Positions 12,599 to 25,990 are shown, counted from the whole stretch's first letter. The stretch: 61,451 nucleotides of DNA, filler included, from Bipalium vagum (GCA_037834085.1; 3 parts of 3 records of this genome joined end to end with filler, not necessarily neighbours in it); one strand, 5' to 3'. Numbers and translations are program-made. The notes: generated from the sequence alone by a model not told the origin.

Positions 12599-14464
12599 AG
12601 CAGCTTTTGAAGCAAAGATATTTTCTAATTTGGTTAAAATTACTTCTTTTATTAAAAGACATATATTAAGAGTTGTTTTTTAAAAAAAACAGATTAATTT
12701 GGTTTGAAAGTTCTTTTTAAAATAACAAATTTTTATTTTTATAATTTTATTTATTTTTCATTAATTAATAAATAAAAATAAATCTTGGTAAAATATGATG
12801 TGAAAGAAAAATGTATTTATCTTTTTTAAAATTGTGTTTCATCAAAAAAGGACATGTAGTGATCTTTTAATAAATATTGGGATTTCATTCGAAATAACTG
12901 CAGCATCTTGTTTTTGTTTAAATCATTAATTTTTTAGCTTTACTGTTGTAACTGTATTATTTAAATTTAACAAAGGTGGTCGCTATTAAGGTCGCTACGC
13001 TTCCTAATTAAATAATCACTTTGTAAGTCTGAATTCTAAAAAAATTGTATAAAATAAGAAATATTAAATTCATAAATATTAAGTTAACCTTGACAAAAGA
13101 CCTACAATGATATCGAAGTCCAACCAAACATTTTAACACATTTTATTTAAATTAAATAAAATTGAATATATTCTTATACTTTTCCCAATTAAAATAGCTT
13201 TAATTTGATACAGCTAGTTGAAATAGAATAAATTCTTTAATTAAATAATTTATGATTTCTTTTTAAAATTTTAACATTTTTTATTATATTTTATTCGATC
13301 TATTTTTAAAAAACTTACATAAAATTCTAGAGTTTTACCTTTAAATTAAACTGTTTCACTAAAATCGGTTATATGATTATCTTTTAATACTACATTAAAA
13401 AACTAAAATTATCATTTAAATAATAAATAATAAAAATACATTTTTTCTATTAAAATAGTTTTATAATTTGGCTAAAAAATTTGATTTGATAAAATATGAA
13501 TAAAAACTTATTATCCAATAAAATAATAATAATCCAAAAATTGTCATCCAGATGGAAATTGATAAGCTTAACAATTTCCATAAGACCATAGGTGAATTAA
13601 AACCAAAAAAGAGACAACTGAAGCTGGATTATGTTTTGAATCATATTATGGAAAAAGATTGAGAGGCGCAATTTTAAATAGTTTAGAATACTCAGTAATT
13701 ATTAAAATTAGTAATAATAATACTACTACTACTAATAACAAAATTATATTGATAATAATAATAGTAATATCAATCAATAATTTGCTTCGATCAACGGAAA
13801 GACATTTGACAGAGTAAGAATCACATAGAGAGTATAAAAGCACAAATTGAATCGGTATTACGAAAAATGTTATTTATATTTTGTGAAGAAATCGTTATTC
13901 TTTAATAAGTGTTGAAGGTTTCAGCGTTTAAATAGAAGTTGAAAAAAGATTAGATCGATGACCAACATTGTGATATCCGGTTCTCATGAAGCACTGGTTG
14001 ATAATTCTTAGGCTTCCACTATTTAGATATAGTGATTGTGATCTTAATATTTACTGCAGCATTGACAAAATTATCATTAGCTTTAGGTTGGAAAATGAAG
14101 ATAAAATGAGGGCTGAAATATCAGATTGTCTTATCATACATAACCCGAACCGAAACACAAGGTTAATAAATTAAAACAAAAATTCCTCTTTTATTTTTCA
14201 TTCTTTGTTTATATGAGTGAAAAATAATTATTTAATCCAACCAAATTTTGGTTTCTTTGAATAAAATTGAGAACATTTCCTTAAAGAATTTAAAGTCTCA
14301 GTAGAAAAATATTTAACTCTCTGCACTAAATAATAAAAAAATCGAAAAGTAAAATAAATTTTCACCGACGTCGATGACGCAACATTTTCTAAAAATGCGG
14401 AATTTAAAAATGAAAAATAATTTGTTGAAGTAATCACTTTTAATGTTTATTTAAGTGACGGCGA

Positions 14465-14734
14465 ATGTTCCTTTACGCATTGATCTTGAGTTTCATTGCG
14501 GTTTTTGTACTCCTTTTGAAGATATTCGTCAAGAGGGAGAATGACAACCATTTAATCAGATTTATGGATGAATATGAGAAGCTTTTCCCTAACGGTCCAT
14601 CTACAGGCGTTCAAGGAGAAAAGGAGTTTAATAGCTATAATCCGTACAGAGCTAGTTTCGTAAAGCAAAAGGTAGCAAACAGATTTATGAAATTTACACC
14701 TGTCGAATTATTTCCAAATAAGTCTGAGAACTAA
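14465..14734 (+). CDS. Hypothetical 89-aa protein with N-terminal signal-anchor/TM helix
   Basis: ATG start, hydrophobic residues 2-22 followed by KR, higher GC than flanks, CRE-like motifs upstream (gacgtc/tgacgc ~14367-14380) and AATAAA at ~14774. No family recognised. Confidence 0.45.
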   Translation: MFLYALILSFIAVFVLLLKIFVKRENDNHLIRFMDEYEKLFPNGPSTGVQGEKEFNSYNPYRASFVKQKVANRFMKFTPVELFPNKSEN

Positions 14735-16130
14735 AGTAAAATCGATTTTGATAAGTTTTATCTTGGAAAAATCAATAAAAATTGAACCTAAAATAAAACA
14801 AATATACAAATATTAAATATCTCTGTTAGTTCAGACTAAGGTTTCATACTTACAGTTTTATGATATTTCGTTATGTAATTCTCCTAGATAATTTTCAGTT
14901 GTAAACTTTTCTTCAAAGTTAACATTTGTAATGCTTATTGAGTGTCTTGCTCCAGTTTTAAATTGTTTAGATTTGTCAAAATCAATCACTACATCTGACT
15001 TGACATTTACAAATGTTACATCTCTATATATATTGACAGTTTACCTTTAACCTTTTCCTTGATTTAAGCATTTTCTCTCTAAGTTCGTTTTGGCCATTAA
15101 ATCGTTTTCTTCAGTCCAAATTATCAGTTCGTATATTCTTGATTTTCTCTGTCCGGATAGGTTTAACTATTTTATTTCACTTTTATAATATATATGTTTT
15201 AATTTATCACTCCTATTCATTATTTTATTAACAAAGGAAAGATAAATTTTATTGACAATTAATTTTCAATATTATCACTTTTATATTCATGTTTATCTGC
15301 AACGAAAATTATTGGTAGTTCATTTGTGACAAATATTATTCTGTCTCTCTCTCTATATTTCTATCATAATTTATGATAATCTTCCCTGAAGCAAATTCTT
15401 TCTAGTTTAAAGATTAAGCAAAGGGAATACCAGTAATATTACCTCATTTTCTATGGTAAAGCGTTTTATAATTTGTTTTAATTAATTCATAAATCTTACT
15501 GGACAAATATTAGATAATATTATTTTTATATGATTATGTTTCTTAATTTATTTGTATGTCTAAAAATATTTAAAGCAACAAAGAAATTTTAATAATCAAT
15601 AAAATTTATTAAAATATTTACTATTGATATGAATTTTTTTTAATTATTAATTAATCAATAATGTTTTATTAAATTTTCAAGATAGTTTTGAACAGAAAGA
15701 ATGAGGTAATTTTATTAGAATGAATATTGAATTTGAGAAAATTTATCCGAACATGAAATGGGAGGGAAAGGTTAAGATCAATGTTTGAAATGAAAGAAGG
15801 AAAGACAAAGCTTCAAAAAATTTTCAAATGTACAATTCTTGTAACTACAGCTTGTAATCTAGAGGACTTATTACATGAAACCTGGTTGCTTTAGTTTCAT
15901 ATAGTTTTTAATAATTTGCTTTAAAAATTTTTCTTTTGTCGACATTTTGTCGATATTTGCTGTTTAAATTTTCTACGGATAAATTTAAGAAATTCTTGTG
16001 TCCTATTATTTTATGGAATCTAAGAGTTTCTTTAATATTTATAATATACTTTTTACGGAAATAAGGAAAATTAATGAAGTAACAAATAAGCAGATTACTA
16101 ATTATCACTTTGCCACTCCTTTATCATTTG

Positions 16131-16131
<1 letters not shown>

Positions 16132-16179
<48 letters not shown>

Positions 16180-16208
16180 TTATTATTATTATTATTATTA
16201 TTATTATT
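16132..16208. repeat. (TAT)n microsatellite at contig end
   Basis: Direct reading. Confidence 0.95.
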
Positions 16209-16308
16209 NNNNNNNNNNNNNNNNNNNNNNNNNNNNNNNNNNNNNNNNNNNNTTAATTAATTAANNNNNNNNNNNNNNNNNNNNNNNNNNNNNNNNNNNN
16301 NNNNNNNN
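16209..16308. other. Artificial contig-joining spacer (44N + TTAATTAATTAA + 44N)
   Basis: Exactly 100 nt, palindromic 12-mer with stops in all six frames, identical to 40384-40483. Confidence 0.97.
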
Positions 16309-16447
16309 TAAATAAGCTTGTCACTCGTTGGGAGAAGTGTGTACAGTCTGGCGGATTCTATTTTGATAAATAAAACTTTGTTTAAACTGCCATGTGTTCC
16401 TTTAAAGTTAGATGTTAAAAACCGCCATTTATTTCTTTACCACCTAA
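16309..16447 (+). mobile_element. mariner 3' end (transposase C-terminus plus TIR)
   Basis: NKLVTRWEKCVQSGGFYFDK* then aaaaccgccatttatttctttaccacctaa followed by TA. Confidence 0.85.
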
Positions 16448-18682
16448 TATTTATATATATATTTATATACGGATGGTGACAATGTCCTTCTGTAGTTTAT
16501 ATTAATCTAATCAACATTTCTTAGCTGAGGTACGTAAAATGTAATTTTACGTCGCTATATTTTTATGTTTGGATCTAATGTTTATTTTCTTTCGACTTCC
16601 AAATCGGGTTTGTAAGTGTTGCAGTTGGTTGTTTGACAGACCAGTGTTAAGAAGCCCCAGAAAAGTCAGTCAAATTTTAAAATATTATATTTACTTATAA
16701 TTTAGAGTACACAAGTATTATGAGTTTGAAGTGTGGGGGCGCTTATATTTCCTATCTGACTCCTAATAAAAGTGAAAGTACCAATCATAAAAATAACAAA
16801 GACAACTCTTTGAAAACTTATTAACGATATTACAATTTACAAATAAATGTTTACAATGACAATTGATTAATCTAAATAGACCAAAAGCTCCAAATGACAA
16901 ATTTAATTAATTAAAGAAGGTTCCAATATACATTAGGAAAAGTGTAGACGCCCTGAAGTAAAATAGTGAATCGAGTGACTAGTTCACCAGACCGTAAATC
17001 TCAAGAAATAAACACCAAAGAAGAATCTAGAAGATATTAAATAAAGGCAGAAACGGAAAATTATATTCACTTTCTGTGTAATTAGTTTAATTATAACAGT
17101 GGATGTGACAAATCACTTAAAATTGATCTACTGAATAAAATTTGGTTGAGTTAAGATAAACTCTTGAAAATTTTCTTTCAGGTGATTAAACTGAAATTTA
17201 GCTTTTAACTTATGACAAGTTTTATTTTTTAAACATCAATTCTAGTTGTAATAAGCTAAAATTTTGTTAAGTGCGAAATTATGATTTTTGCTTGTGTATT
17301 TATACTATTTTGTCTTCTGCCTTTGCATGTTGATGTCATAATGATATTGTAAATTATTTTTAGATGTCGTTATTTGTCGATTATTTGTTTTTCTTAATAC
17401 TTATTTAATTATTATATTTAAGTTTTATTATTTATATTATTATTGATATTTCTTATATTGTCAAATTTTATTCTTATTTTTATATTATTTTAATATCTAT
17501 AATTATACATTATTAAATTATTAACTATTGCATTTTATTTTTATAGTTTATAGGTCTCATGATTGAGAGGTATATTTTTATTATTATTTAATTTGACATA
17601 TATATTTCAGGTTTTGGAACTTGATTGACTGTTCTCACGTAAAGCTTATTTTATTTTTTGTCAACTTGGTTACATCATGAGTATTTAATAAAATTATTCA
17701 CGCACATAATTCGGAAATGAAATTGAAAAGGGTGCATATTTCTAAGAAAAAATCAAATTTGTCCTGCCCGGTTTGGATATACCAGATGACCCAGAAACCC
17801 ATGGACAGGGTTAAGTGAGTTGTTTTTCACTTTTGATTGAATTTTTATTGTTTCTACTTGCTATTTAATCATTATCATTGCTCCGATTTTATTGTCTGCG
17901 TTCTCGATTCGACTTGGTGCTAATTTGACAGTGTAATATTTGAAACAATAAAACTGTGTGAATTTATCATTATTATTATCGATTTATTTGGAACTCTAAC
18001 TAATCAATTATTGTGATCATTATTTTGACGAATCAAATGCAATTACTAAGTGACGTATCGCTTATTCGCTTATTGTGATTTGATCATTTATTCAGTCTGA
18101 TAATTCGACTATTGTGGCTGACTGGTGTATTGATTTTTTGGGGTCGCTTTGTCACAGAAAATAAAGTTTCAGTGTGACAATTTCGATTCATTAATAAAAG
18201 GGTACGTTAGAAACATATGTGACGGGGTCAGTCAGTTGTGATCTCCAGGATATATTAACAAATTTAAGACAACCAGTCAGCTCACCTGGCCGAATAGAAC
18301 TAAATTTAATGACGGTTGTTGTAAGACTGGACGTCAGTTTTCTCGTGGCACTTCGAAACAGAAGAGAGAAACTTGAGTATCAATGCAACATTTAAAGCTA
18401 ACACCAGGTGCTGCAAGAAAAAGCGAAACATTATTCTTTATCACACGTTACCGATGTAACATGTCACAACGTTTTCTCTGTCAAGATGTGAAATTGTACA
18501 ATGTTCACAGATCTGAGAATTGTCCTTGAGCGAATCACGTAAAAAGTCTGCTCTTAAAACGGAGAGACAATAGCAATAAAAGGTTCTGTAAATCTGACGG
18601 TTAGCGACCATTTCCGAGGTGCAATACAGTCTCTAGCGATCTGGAAGATAAGTGCGGTGCAGTGAAGACGGGTGGCGTGCTC

Positions 18683-19024
18683 TCAAAATGAAGACTGGTG
18701 CTCGGTGACCTCGATGCGGTTGATCTTGTTGAAGTAGCTGCGATTCGACGTGTCAATACTGTTGGAGGACGAGTGGTGTCGATGGTTTTCTGTCAGGTTG
18801 GCGGCAGAAGGTAAGGCTGCTCCGTGGTTGTCCTTGACTTGGCTCTTCATCTTGCAAATGTATGACTCCAGCCGACGGCACTTGATGAGCAGTTGCTGAA
18901 AGTTGGTTTCGATTTGCCTTTGATATGCTATCACTTTGAACTTCTCGGCCAGCCACGTCTTCTTTTCGTCTTCGAATTGTTCCAGCAATTTTGCTGCCGC
19001 CAGGTCGTTGGCGAATTGGCCCGT
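18683..19024 (-). CDS. LZTS2: LZTS/Fez1-family coiled-coil protein, terminal exon
   Basis: Acceptor ttcttag, then TGQFANDLAAAKLLEQFEDEKKTWLAEKFKVIAYQRQIETNFQQLLIKCRRLE, matching the LZTS signature FEQERxxWxEEKEKVIxYQKQLQxNY. Phase 0. Family-level call. Confidence 0.85.
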   Translation of the reverse strand, partial: TGQFANDLAAAKLLEQFEDEKKTWLAEKFKVIAYQRQIETNFQQLLIKCRRLESYICKMKSQVKDNHGAALPSAANLTENHRHHSSSNSIDTSNRSYFNKINRIEVTEHQSSF

Positions 19025-19439
19025 CTAAGAATGTCATCAAAAAAATCATTATTAAAGAGTTTCGGCACACTTTTTAATCTCCCCTAACATCAACACCATG
19101 CATCCTCATTTCCAGTCCAAGAGGAACCGGAAAAAGAGGAGAAAGACAGAAGGACTTGGGATATAACGAAGACTCGGGGAACAATAGGGGTCAATAAAGC
19201 GTTTGAAAATAAACAGGACTCCAAATAAGACTCCAATGATGAAGATTCGATTAAATCAATCCTGTCAGTTTATTATTGATTTTTTAAAGAAAAGTATCGA
19301 CAGAAATAAAAGAGAACAGTTTAGTCAAAAGAGCTCTTTCAAAAAATCCTCAAATATTCAGATCATGGAGGAGTCGATAAGCAAATTAGGAGATCACTGC
19401 AAAAGTTGTGGTTCCCTTTAAAATAAGTAAAGCAACCTT

Positions 19440-19870
19440 ACTGATCAATTGGACAATCACCATTCCTCCCCAACGTTCCACAAATTGTTCGAACCAATAC
19501 TGGTAGCAACTTCTTGGATTTCCTTGGAAATAGTCTCTAACAGGAATTTCAACAGCTTCACCAGAATTAGGTGCTTTACCACTGAAACCATTGTATAAAG
19601 GTCGGAACAGATAAAAATCAGAGGGCTCGATATCTGGAAAGTATAGTGGGCGTTGGAGAACTTCCCATTCCAATTGTTGCAGTATTCACAGTGTCTTTTG
19701 TGCATAGTGGAGTCTGATATTTTCGTGGTGAGATACAATTGCTTTCCTATTGTTCAAATAGCACAGTGCTTTTCTGCCAACATTGTTTCGCCTCATGGGA
19801 GAAGTTCAAAATGAATAATGCCTCTACAGTGCCATCAAATGCTCAACAACACCTTCAATGGATCTAGCCA
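19440..19870 (-). mobile_element. mariner transposase remnant (C-terminal half)
   Basis: WEVLQRPLYFPDIEPSDFYLFRPL (cf. YSPDLAPSDYHLF) and VERW. Confidence 0.85.
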
Positions 19871-19971
19871 CTCAAAAAAGATGATAAAAGAGAGGATATG
19901 AGACTTGCAACGTTTAGTTTTTATTGAAGAGAGTGAAATTGGGACATGTCATTAACAATTTGCATTATTTC

Positions 19972-20907
19972 GGTACTTTTCCCTTCAAACGAACTCATAC
20001 AAGTATCTGAGCACTAAAGATCGGTATGCGCCGCTTGGCGCCTATTCTGCAACTTGTAGACGTGTCAGAAAGATTCGATGGCTTATATGTCAGTTCCAGT
20101 TGTTCCAGTTGTTCCAGTTGTTCCAAATATCGGAAACGATGCTTGAGCCGATAGCAATGCACGTCTGAATTCTGTCCAGCACAGTGGCCGCAGTCCAATC
20201 TGGCACTGCATACATGAACACTTCTTTAGTCTCCCAGCATATCCATATGAAAATCCACTGCTGGGACTAGACTGGACTTGAGTGGTTTTTACACTTGAGA
20301 TTGGCGTCTCATCGATCTCGACGTGTAGACCTAACCGCTGACAATTGTTGGAGTCTGCAAAAACCGCCAGTCGCAAATTTCTCGAAGAAAGTTCTTACTC
20401 CAGTCAACAATGGTCGTGTGGCCCATACATAATTCCTCTGAGCAGAATCTCATTGTTGCCAGATTTTTGGACCAGCAATAAATGAATAGAATTACTATCC
20501 TGAACTCCATCCTAGACAGCTCCAGCCAAGTTCCCTTTCGAACACCAATTTCTTGCTGACACTGTCGAGAATTACACATGCAGCTCTGAGAAACTGTTGA
20601 AAGTGTTATTTGGTGGCCACTGTTGCATAAACGTTGCTGATGGATCACTTTGTGGCTTTGCAAAAAACGTATTGCCTTCTCCTTGTCATGAACGAGATTT
20701 CATAGTGTCAGAAAGTTCATTTCAGGATTTTAAGTCCGAACGTAGAAAATTTTTGCCTAATATGAGCCTAGAGGCGGATAAGAAGTTGTTTTTACGGCGT
20801 GCATTTAAATATTCAAAATGTCTGAACATCAGAAATAAATCAAGGTTGGGTGCGTGCATTAAATTAGAGTTGGCAAAAAGTTACGGGGCTTATCTGGAAA
20901 AGATACC
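19972..20907 (-). mobile_element. Merlin (IS1016/IS1595-like) DNA transposon remnant
   Basis: C..C zinc finger then GVRKGTWLELSRM..LFIYCWS..TIVDW..FLREIC, and VEIDET in a shifted frame. Imperfect TIR ggtacttttcc (19972) / ggaaaagatacc (to 20907). Confidence 0.8.
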
Positions 20908-21216
20908 TCCTGATTCATTATGAAGAGGGATGAATTCGTAAAGAATACAAATTTGAATATGTTGTTCAACCATGTCGTAGGAAATGAGAAAAATAACACC
21001 TAACCTTAAATTGAACTATATTCCAGGTTCTAGAATTATACGAAAAAGCAAAATTCACGGTCTACTTTTATAAATTAAAACAATTATTATCATAAAGATT
21101 GATTGATTAAAAAACCTGAATTAATTAATCGATATTCGTTATTTCATGCAGAACAACCTGACAGACGTAAAACATTTTTCATTTTAATGAAGCATTTTCT
21201 CATTACTTTTCTGAAC

Positions 21217-21252
<36 letters not shown>

Positions 21253-22000
21253 CATTATTATTATTATTATAACTATTATTATTATTATAACTTTTATTGT
21301 TATAATTATTAATTATTAATTTATTTATATTTATTATTAATTATTATTATTATTATAACTAAAATCATGACTCATTGTCATGTGCATTAGGAAATCCTAT
21401 TTCAAGCCACTGAACTTTAACTGGTAGATCCAAGTAAGAATAAATCCAATTTGGATTTCATGATTTTCATTAAAAGAAATCGAATTTATCATCAATAATC
21501 AATAAATCTGAAAAAAAATGAAAAAATAACTATCAAAAGAAAAAATCAATTAAAGTGGCCCAACAAAATCCCGATATCGGTTTTCGTTGAACTAAATCTT
21601 GTGTGCGTGTGCGTATGTGTAAGAATGTAACAGTGTGACGGAGAAATAGTTTTATAAATCAAACTTGGGAAAGTGTAATTACGAAATCGAAATTAAATAA
21701 TCATTGGGCCAGGCTGAATATTTAGATGTAGTTTTCGTTGGAGAAGACACTGCTCCGATCGTGTTACTGTTTAGGTTAAGGGGACTCTAAAAGGAATTTC
21801 ACGGAGAAGGTCGAGAGAAAGGTGAGATCAGAATAAAAACAAGTAATAATAATAAAACGGTACAAGTGCGGAACTGTTCAAAGTTCCACTATGAAAAGTG
21901 CTGAGGTTTCAGAGGTGACATCGGAGATCGTTGGGTTCAGTAGAAAACGGGCGTTAAGAGAAATGAGAGTATGGGATGGAGAGAAAACAACGGAGATTAC

Positions 22001-22279
22001 CTGAGTGGTCTGGTCCTTGAGCTGGCAGTTCATGGTTCGGTCATTGGTTATCACCCTCAGCGACTGAATTGTCATTTCGAGGTGCAGGGATTTCTGATGC
22101 TGCAGCTCCAAACTGTGCTTCAGCGACTCGAGCGTGTCCATGGCCCGGTTGAGCTCGTTGGTTTTCTGGGACAGACGCTTCTTCAGCTCACTGATATGAC
22201 TCTCCACCTCCAGTATTTTGCAGTTGGAGTTGATCAAGGACGCTTCGAGAAACTTGCCCCGCTGTCTTTCCGACATGAT
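22001..22279 (-). CDS. LZTS2: LZTS-family gene, coiled-coil exon
   Basis: cttcacag|IMSERQRGKFLEASL..ISELKKRLSQKTNELNRAMDTLESLK..KDQTTQ|gtaatc. 93 codons, phase 0 at both ends, compatible with the flanking exons. Confidence 0.8.
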
Positions 22280-24289
22280 CTGTGAAGAGAGAGAAAGACA
22301 GAGACAATAGATGAATGGCATCATTGTTTTACAAAAACCGTTTTGTTCGTCATGGCGCCTTTAACGACAAAAAATGAAATGAAATTCTCGACCATTTTTG
22401 TTATTTTAGGGCAGTGTCCCCCTCAATCGCGACGGTTGATAATGAAAAATATTCCTGTCTCGTTGAGCGCTTTTTATCAATCTAATTTTATTCCTCAACT
22501 CGATCGATTTCCTCTTACAATTTGGCAGTGATCATCGCCTGAAGGCATCCTCCACCAATGCACAGCCTCCTCTCAGACCCAACCTTGGAACGAGGGTTCA
22601 GGACGGACAATGGAAGGGTTCAAACGCCTCAATCAAAGACCACAGAAAGGAGATCAAACTTTATTTCATTGTTGGCAAAGAAAGTGAATTGTGAATTGAA
22701 GGCAAAACAACTGTCCAGGACGATCGATGCCCCCTGCCTGGTCTGAAGCAGAGAAATCCACGGCCAGTTGGCAAGGCAGCCCTGACAGCCTCGAAGCACT
22801 GGAAAGCAGGGAAAACAAATGCCGTTTGAGTCCCTGTTAGTCTCGGGACATTTCCCAGTGGGAACAATTAAAAAATTGATTTCCCATAAAATGCTCCTTC
22901 TGCCAGGCAAGGAGAGTCGTCGCGCTTTGCGGAGGAAGAACATTTCTTGCCACAAGGCAAAATGAAAGTTGGGTCTCACGTCACCACCACGAGATTGGAG
23001 AGGATAAAGCTTTATTTTATGACAGTTGGTCTTCTCGAGAGGGGCAGACGTCCGGTTGAACGTGTCCGAGACCTCTGTCATCACAAGAAGCGCACCCTTC
23101 CGTTTTAGTGAAGATAAATATTTTCCACATTTCGACTGGTGGGCAGTCCTGAATGATGCCAGGAGTGGCCACCAAACAATTCGTCCACCCTCAACCTTAG
23201 CACTTTGAACATCAACATATGAACAGTGTTATTGATAACAGGTCAAGTCCAGGCTCCAGCCACCGGACGACACAGCGCTGCGCGACGAACCAAACTGAAT
23301 ATTGATCACGGAGAGGTTGCACTTAATCTCAAGGTCGTCTGCCCCTGTGCACTTTCAGCACTCTTTTTAGAAAACGATCTTCGCTTTCCAATTAAAAAGG
23401 ATTATAATAATATAAAAATAATAATAATAAAATATTATTATTTTAATATTAAAAGGTAGTATAATAATTTTACTATGATAATAATAATATTAAATAATAA
23501 TAATAATAATAATAATATTAAAAATAAATAATAATAAAATTATAAAAATAATATTTAATAAAAAAATTAAAATAATAATACAATTATAATAATATAATAA
23601 TAATAAAATAATTGTCTTGTATAATTATGGTAAATACAATTCCCATGACAACGTTCGTGGTCTAATGATTCTTAAAGGTCGGACAATGTCGTTTAAAATA
23701 GAAAATGTGATCATCAATAATATTTACTAATTACTAATAATAATAATAATATAAATATCTTTGTTTAAGCTGTCTACATTGAAAACCTTTGAACTGAAGC
23801 TTTCCAATATCTAAGGTATTTTCGTCTTCAAAGGGTCACGATTGAATGATCGTTATTCGTTCCCCCTCGAACGAGACGACTAAAGGAACGAAGGGCAATG
23901 TCAGAGAATATTCTCCAATTGCTGTTCAACTGGAAGGACAAAATTCATGGAAAAAATTTGACTTTTCTATGGTTTCTGGTCAACCACTAGCCTGTAAAGT
24001 GTTCAGCAGAACAGTTACGATTGACCGGTTTTTATAGACGGTTTTGGTTGACTTGTTTCTTTCAAATAGTTACACTGATTTCAGTATAAAATTAGGCGAT
24101 GAAAGGCTTTATTTAACGACGAGAAGTGTTTCTTTCTTGACAATATCGATCTTCAAAATCTGCGGAAAGGGTCGATTGAGTGGATGCCTAGGATGTTCCT
24201 CGACCTCTATAATTGTCTATCAAGTCTTACACTTTTTCAAAATAACTGGCGAGCTCCATTGACAAAATCACAGTAATGACTTTGTTTCA

Positions 24290-24585
24290 CTGAACTTGTT
24301 AAGCATGAAGATTTAAATTTGGAAAATTACCCAATCAATACATAGTGAAACTCCACTAAACAATCGACCAAATCTTGCTGAAACCATTCGAAAACATTGT
24401 ACTAGTTTTGGTGAGCTCGCAACATCCTGGTAAGTTTAATAGGCAAATTTGAGCTGACCACCGCGTCGTGAGAGAGTCACTGTTTGGTGCGGACTTTGGG
24501 CTCAAGATTTGATTGGCCCTTACTTTCTCGAAAACGTAGTGGAAAAGTAGTTAACATTAACGGAAATCGATAGGGAAAGATTATT
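24290..24585 (+). mobile_element. rosa/DD41D-type Tc1/mariner remnant
   Basis: RVTVWCGLWAQDLIGPYFLEN...NINGNR is the KVTVWCGxxxxxIIGPYFFE..TVNGERY motif. Confidence 0.7.
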
Positions 24586-24954
24586 AAGAATCTCTAATTC
24601 GTTATAAAATGGATTATTAAATTATTGATTTAATAAAATTTTGATTATTATTAGGATTAAATTCGGTTTGGTTTCGCTTTGTTTTAACGGACTAATTGTA
24701 TATTAATTTAAAAGTGAAATATTTTTAAAAAATTTTATGACAAGTGTTAAGTAATTAATTTTTATCCATATAATTTATTAGCAGGGTAACAGTTGTCCAC
24801 AGAAGATGTCCACAAATTCTGAATGTTACAAATGTTATGTGGTTAGAATGTGAGTGAAATTTATTTAATTTCATCAATATCGAGAAAAGTAATATCTTTT
24901 AGAAGTATCCATGTAAAATTTCAAATAAATCTATAAATTGATTCTTTGTGTAAA

Positions 24955-25990
24955 TGTGCATGAAGTGTAAAATTTGAAAAATCGTGCTGTGATTGAATAT
25001 TTATCCGAAAGGATTATCCAGGAAAGAAATTCATTCAGATAGGATTGATGTATTTTGGCGAAAGTGCTCCTTCCTGTTCAACACTGACAGCATAGGTCAC
25101 TACATTTAAATCTGACCGCATATCGATTGAAGGTGATCATCGTAGTGGTAGACCAAAACTGTGTCAACATCAGAAATTGTTGAGGAAATCCATGTTATTG
25201 TTTTTGAACAACCAAGTATAACTACTCGTGAAGTAGCTCAAACAATTGGGATCTCGGATGAACGTGTACGAAAGATGATTTAAACATGAAAAAGGTTTTC
25301 AGAAAAGTAGTGCCACATTCGTTAACGATGCACAAAATCTGATGTGAAAATAATTTCTTTAGGAAGAATAAAACTGATTTCATCGGTCGGTTAATAACTG
25401 TAGATGAGACTTGGATATATCATCATGATACTAAATTAAAACAAGAACGTTTGCAGTGACCAGAACCAAGATGTTCCGTTCCCAAGCAGCCAAAAATAGA
25501 ACTATTAGTGAAAAGGTTATGACATCCGTTTTCTGGGATACTAAAGGTATTTTGATGAATGAATACCTGGAGAATGGTAAAACAATCAACTCCAATTATT
25601 ATAATAATCTATGGGATTAATTGGTGGAAAACATCGCTATAAATAGACCTGGATTGAAAAAGAGAAGACTCATCATTCACCGGACAATACACCAACTCAC
25701 AAAAGAGTTTGACAAAGGGAAATCTGGACAAATCAAATTCCAAACTCTCACCATATTTTTATCTCTTCATAAACCTAAAGCAATTCCGTCGTGACAGGAT
25801 TTTGTATCAAACGAGGAAGATGAGACAGCTGTAAACCAGCACTTTCGATACCTTCCAGATTCGCATTTCAGACATGGAAACCAGAATGACTGGAGAATAG
25901 GTGGACTGACTGCATGGCGTTGTCAGGAGATTATGTTGAAAAATAAATCATTTCATTTCCAGACTAAAGACCTTCACGCACCCTATAATG
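24955..25990 (+). mobile_element. Near full-length degenerate mariner (irritans/Himar1-like)
   Basis: ENRAVIEYL, GESAPS, DHRSGRPK, VVPHSLT, LITVDETWIYHHD, KVMTSVFWDTKGI, YLENGKTINSNYY and C-terminal ENRWT, with many frameshifts. Confidence 0.9.

Noticed and set aside
16253-16264. Palindrome TTAATTAATTAA as a biological motif
   Set aside because: It is centred in exactly 44+44 Ns twice, so it is an assembly spacer.
15998-16264. Poly-Tyr ORFs (also 21103-21312, and the hydrophobic ORF 39213-39443)
   Set aside because: They are translations of (TAT)n or low-complexity DNA.
17795-17815. piggyBac-like end (agggTTAA; also 44221-44228)
   Set aside because: No partner TIR or transposase sequence found.
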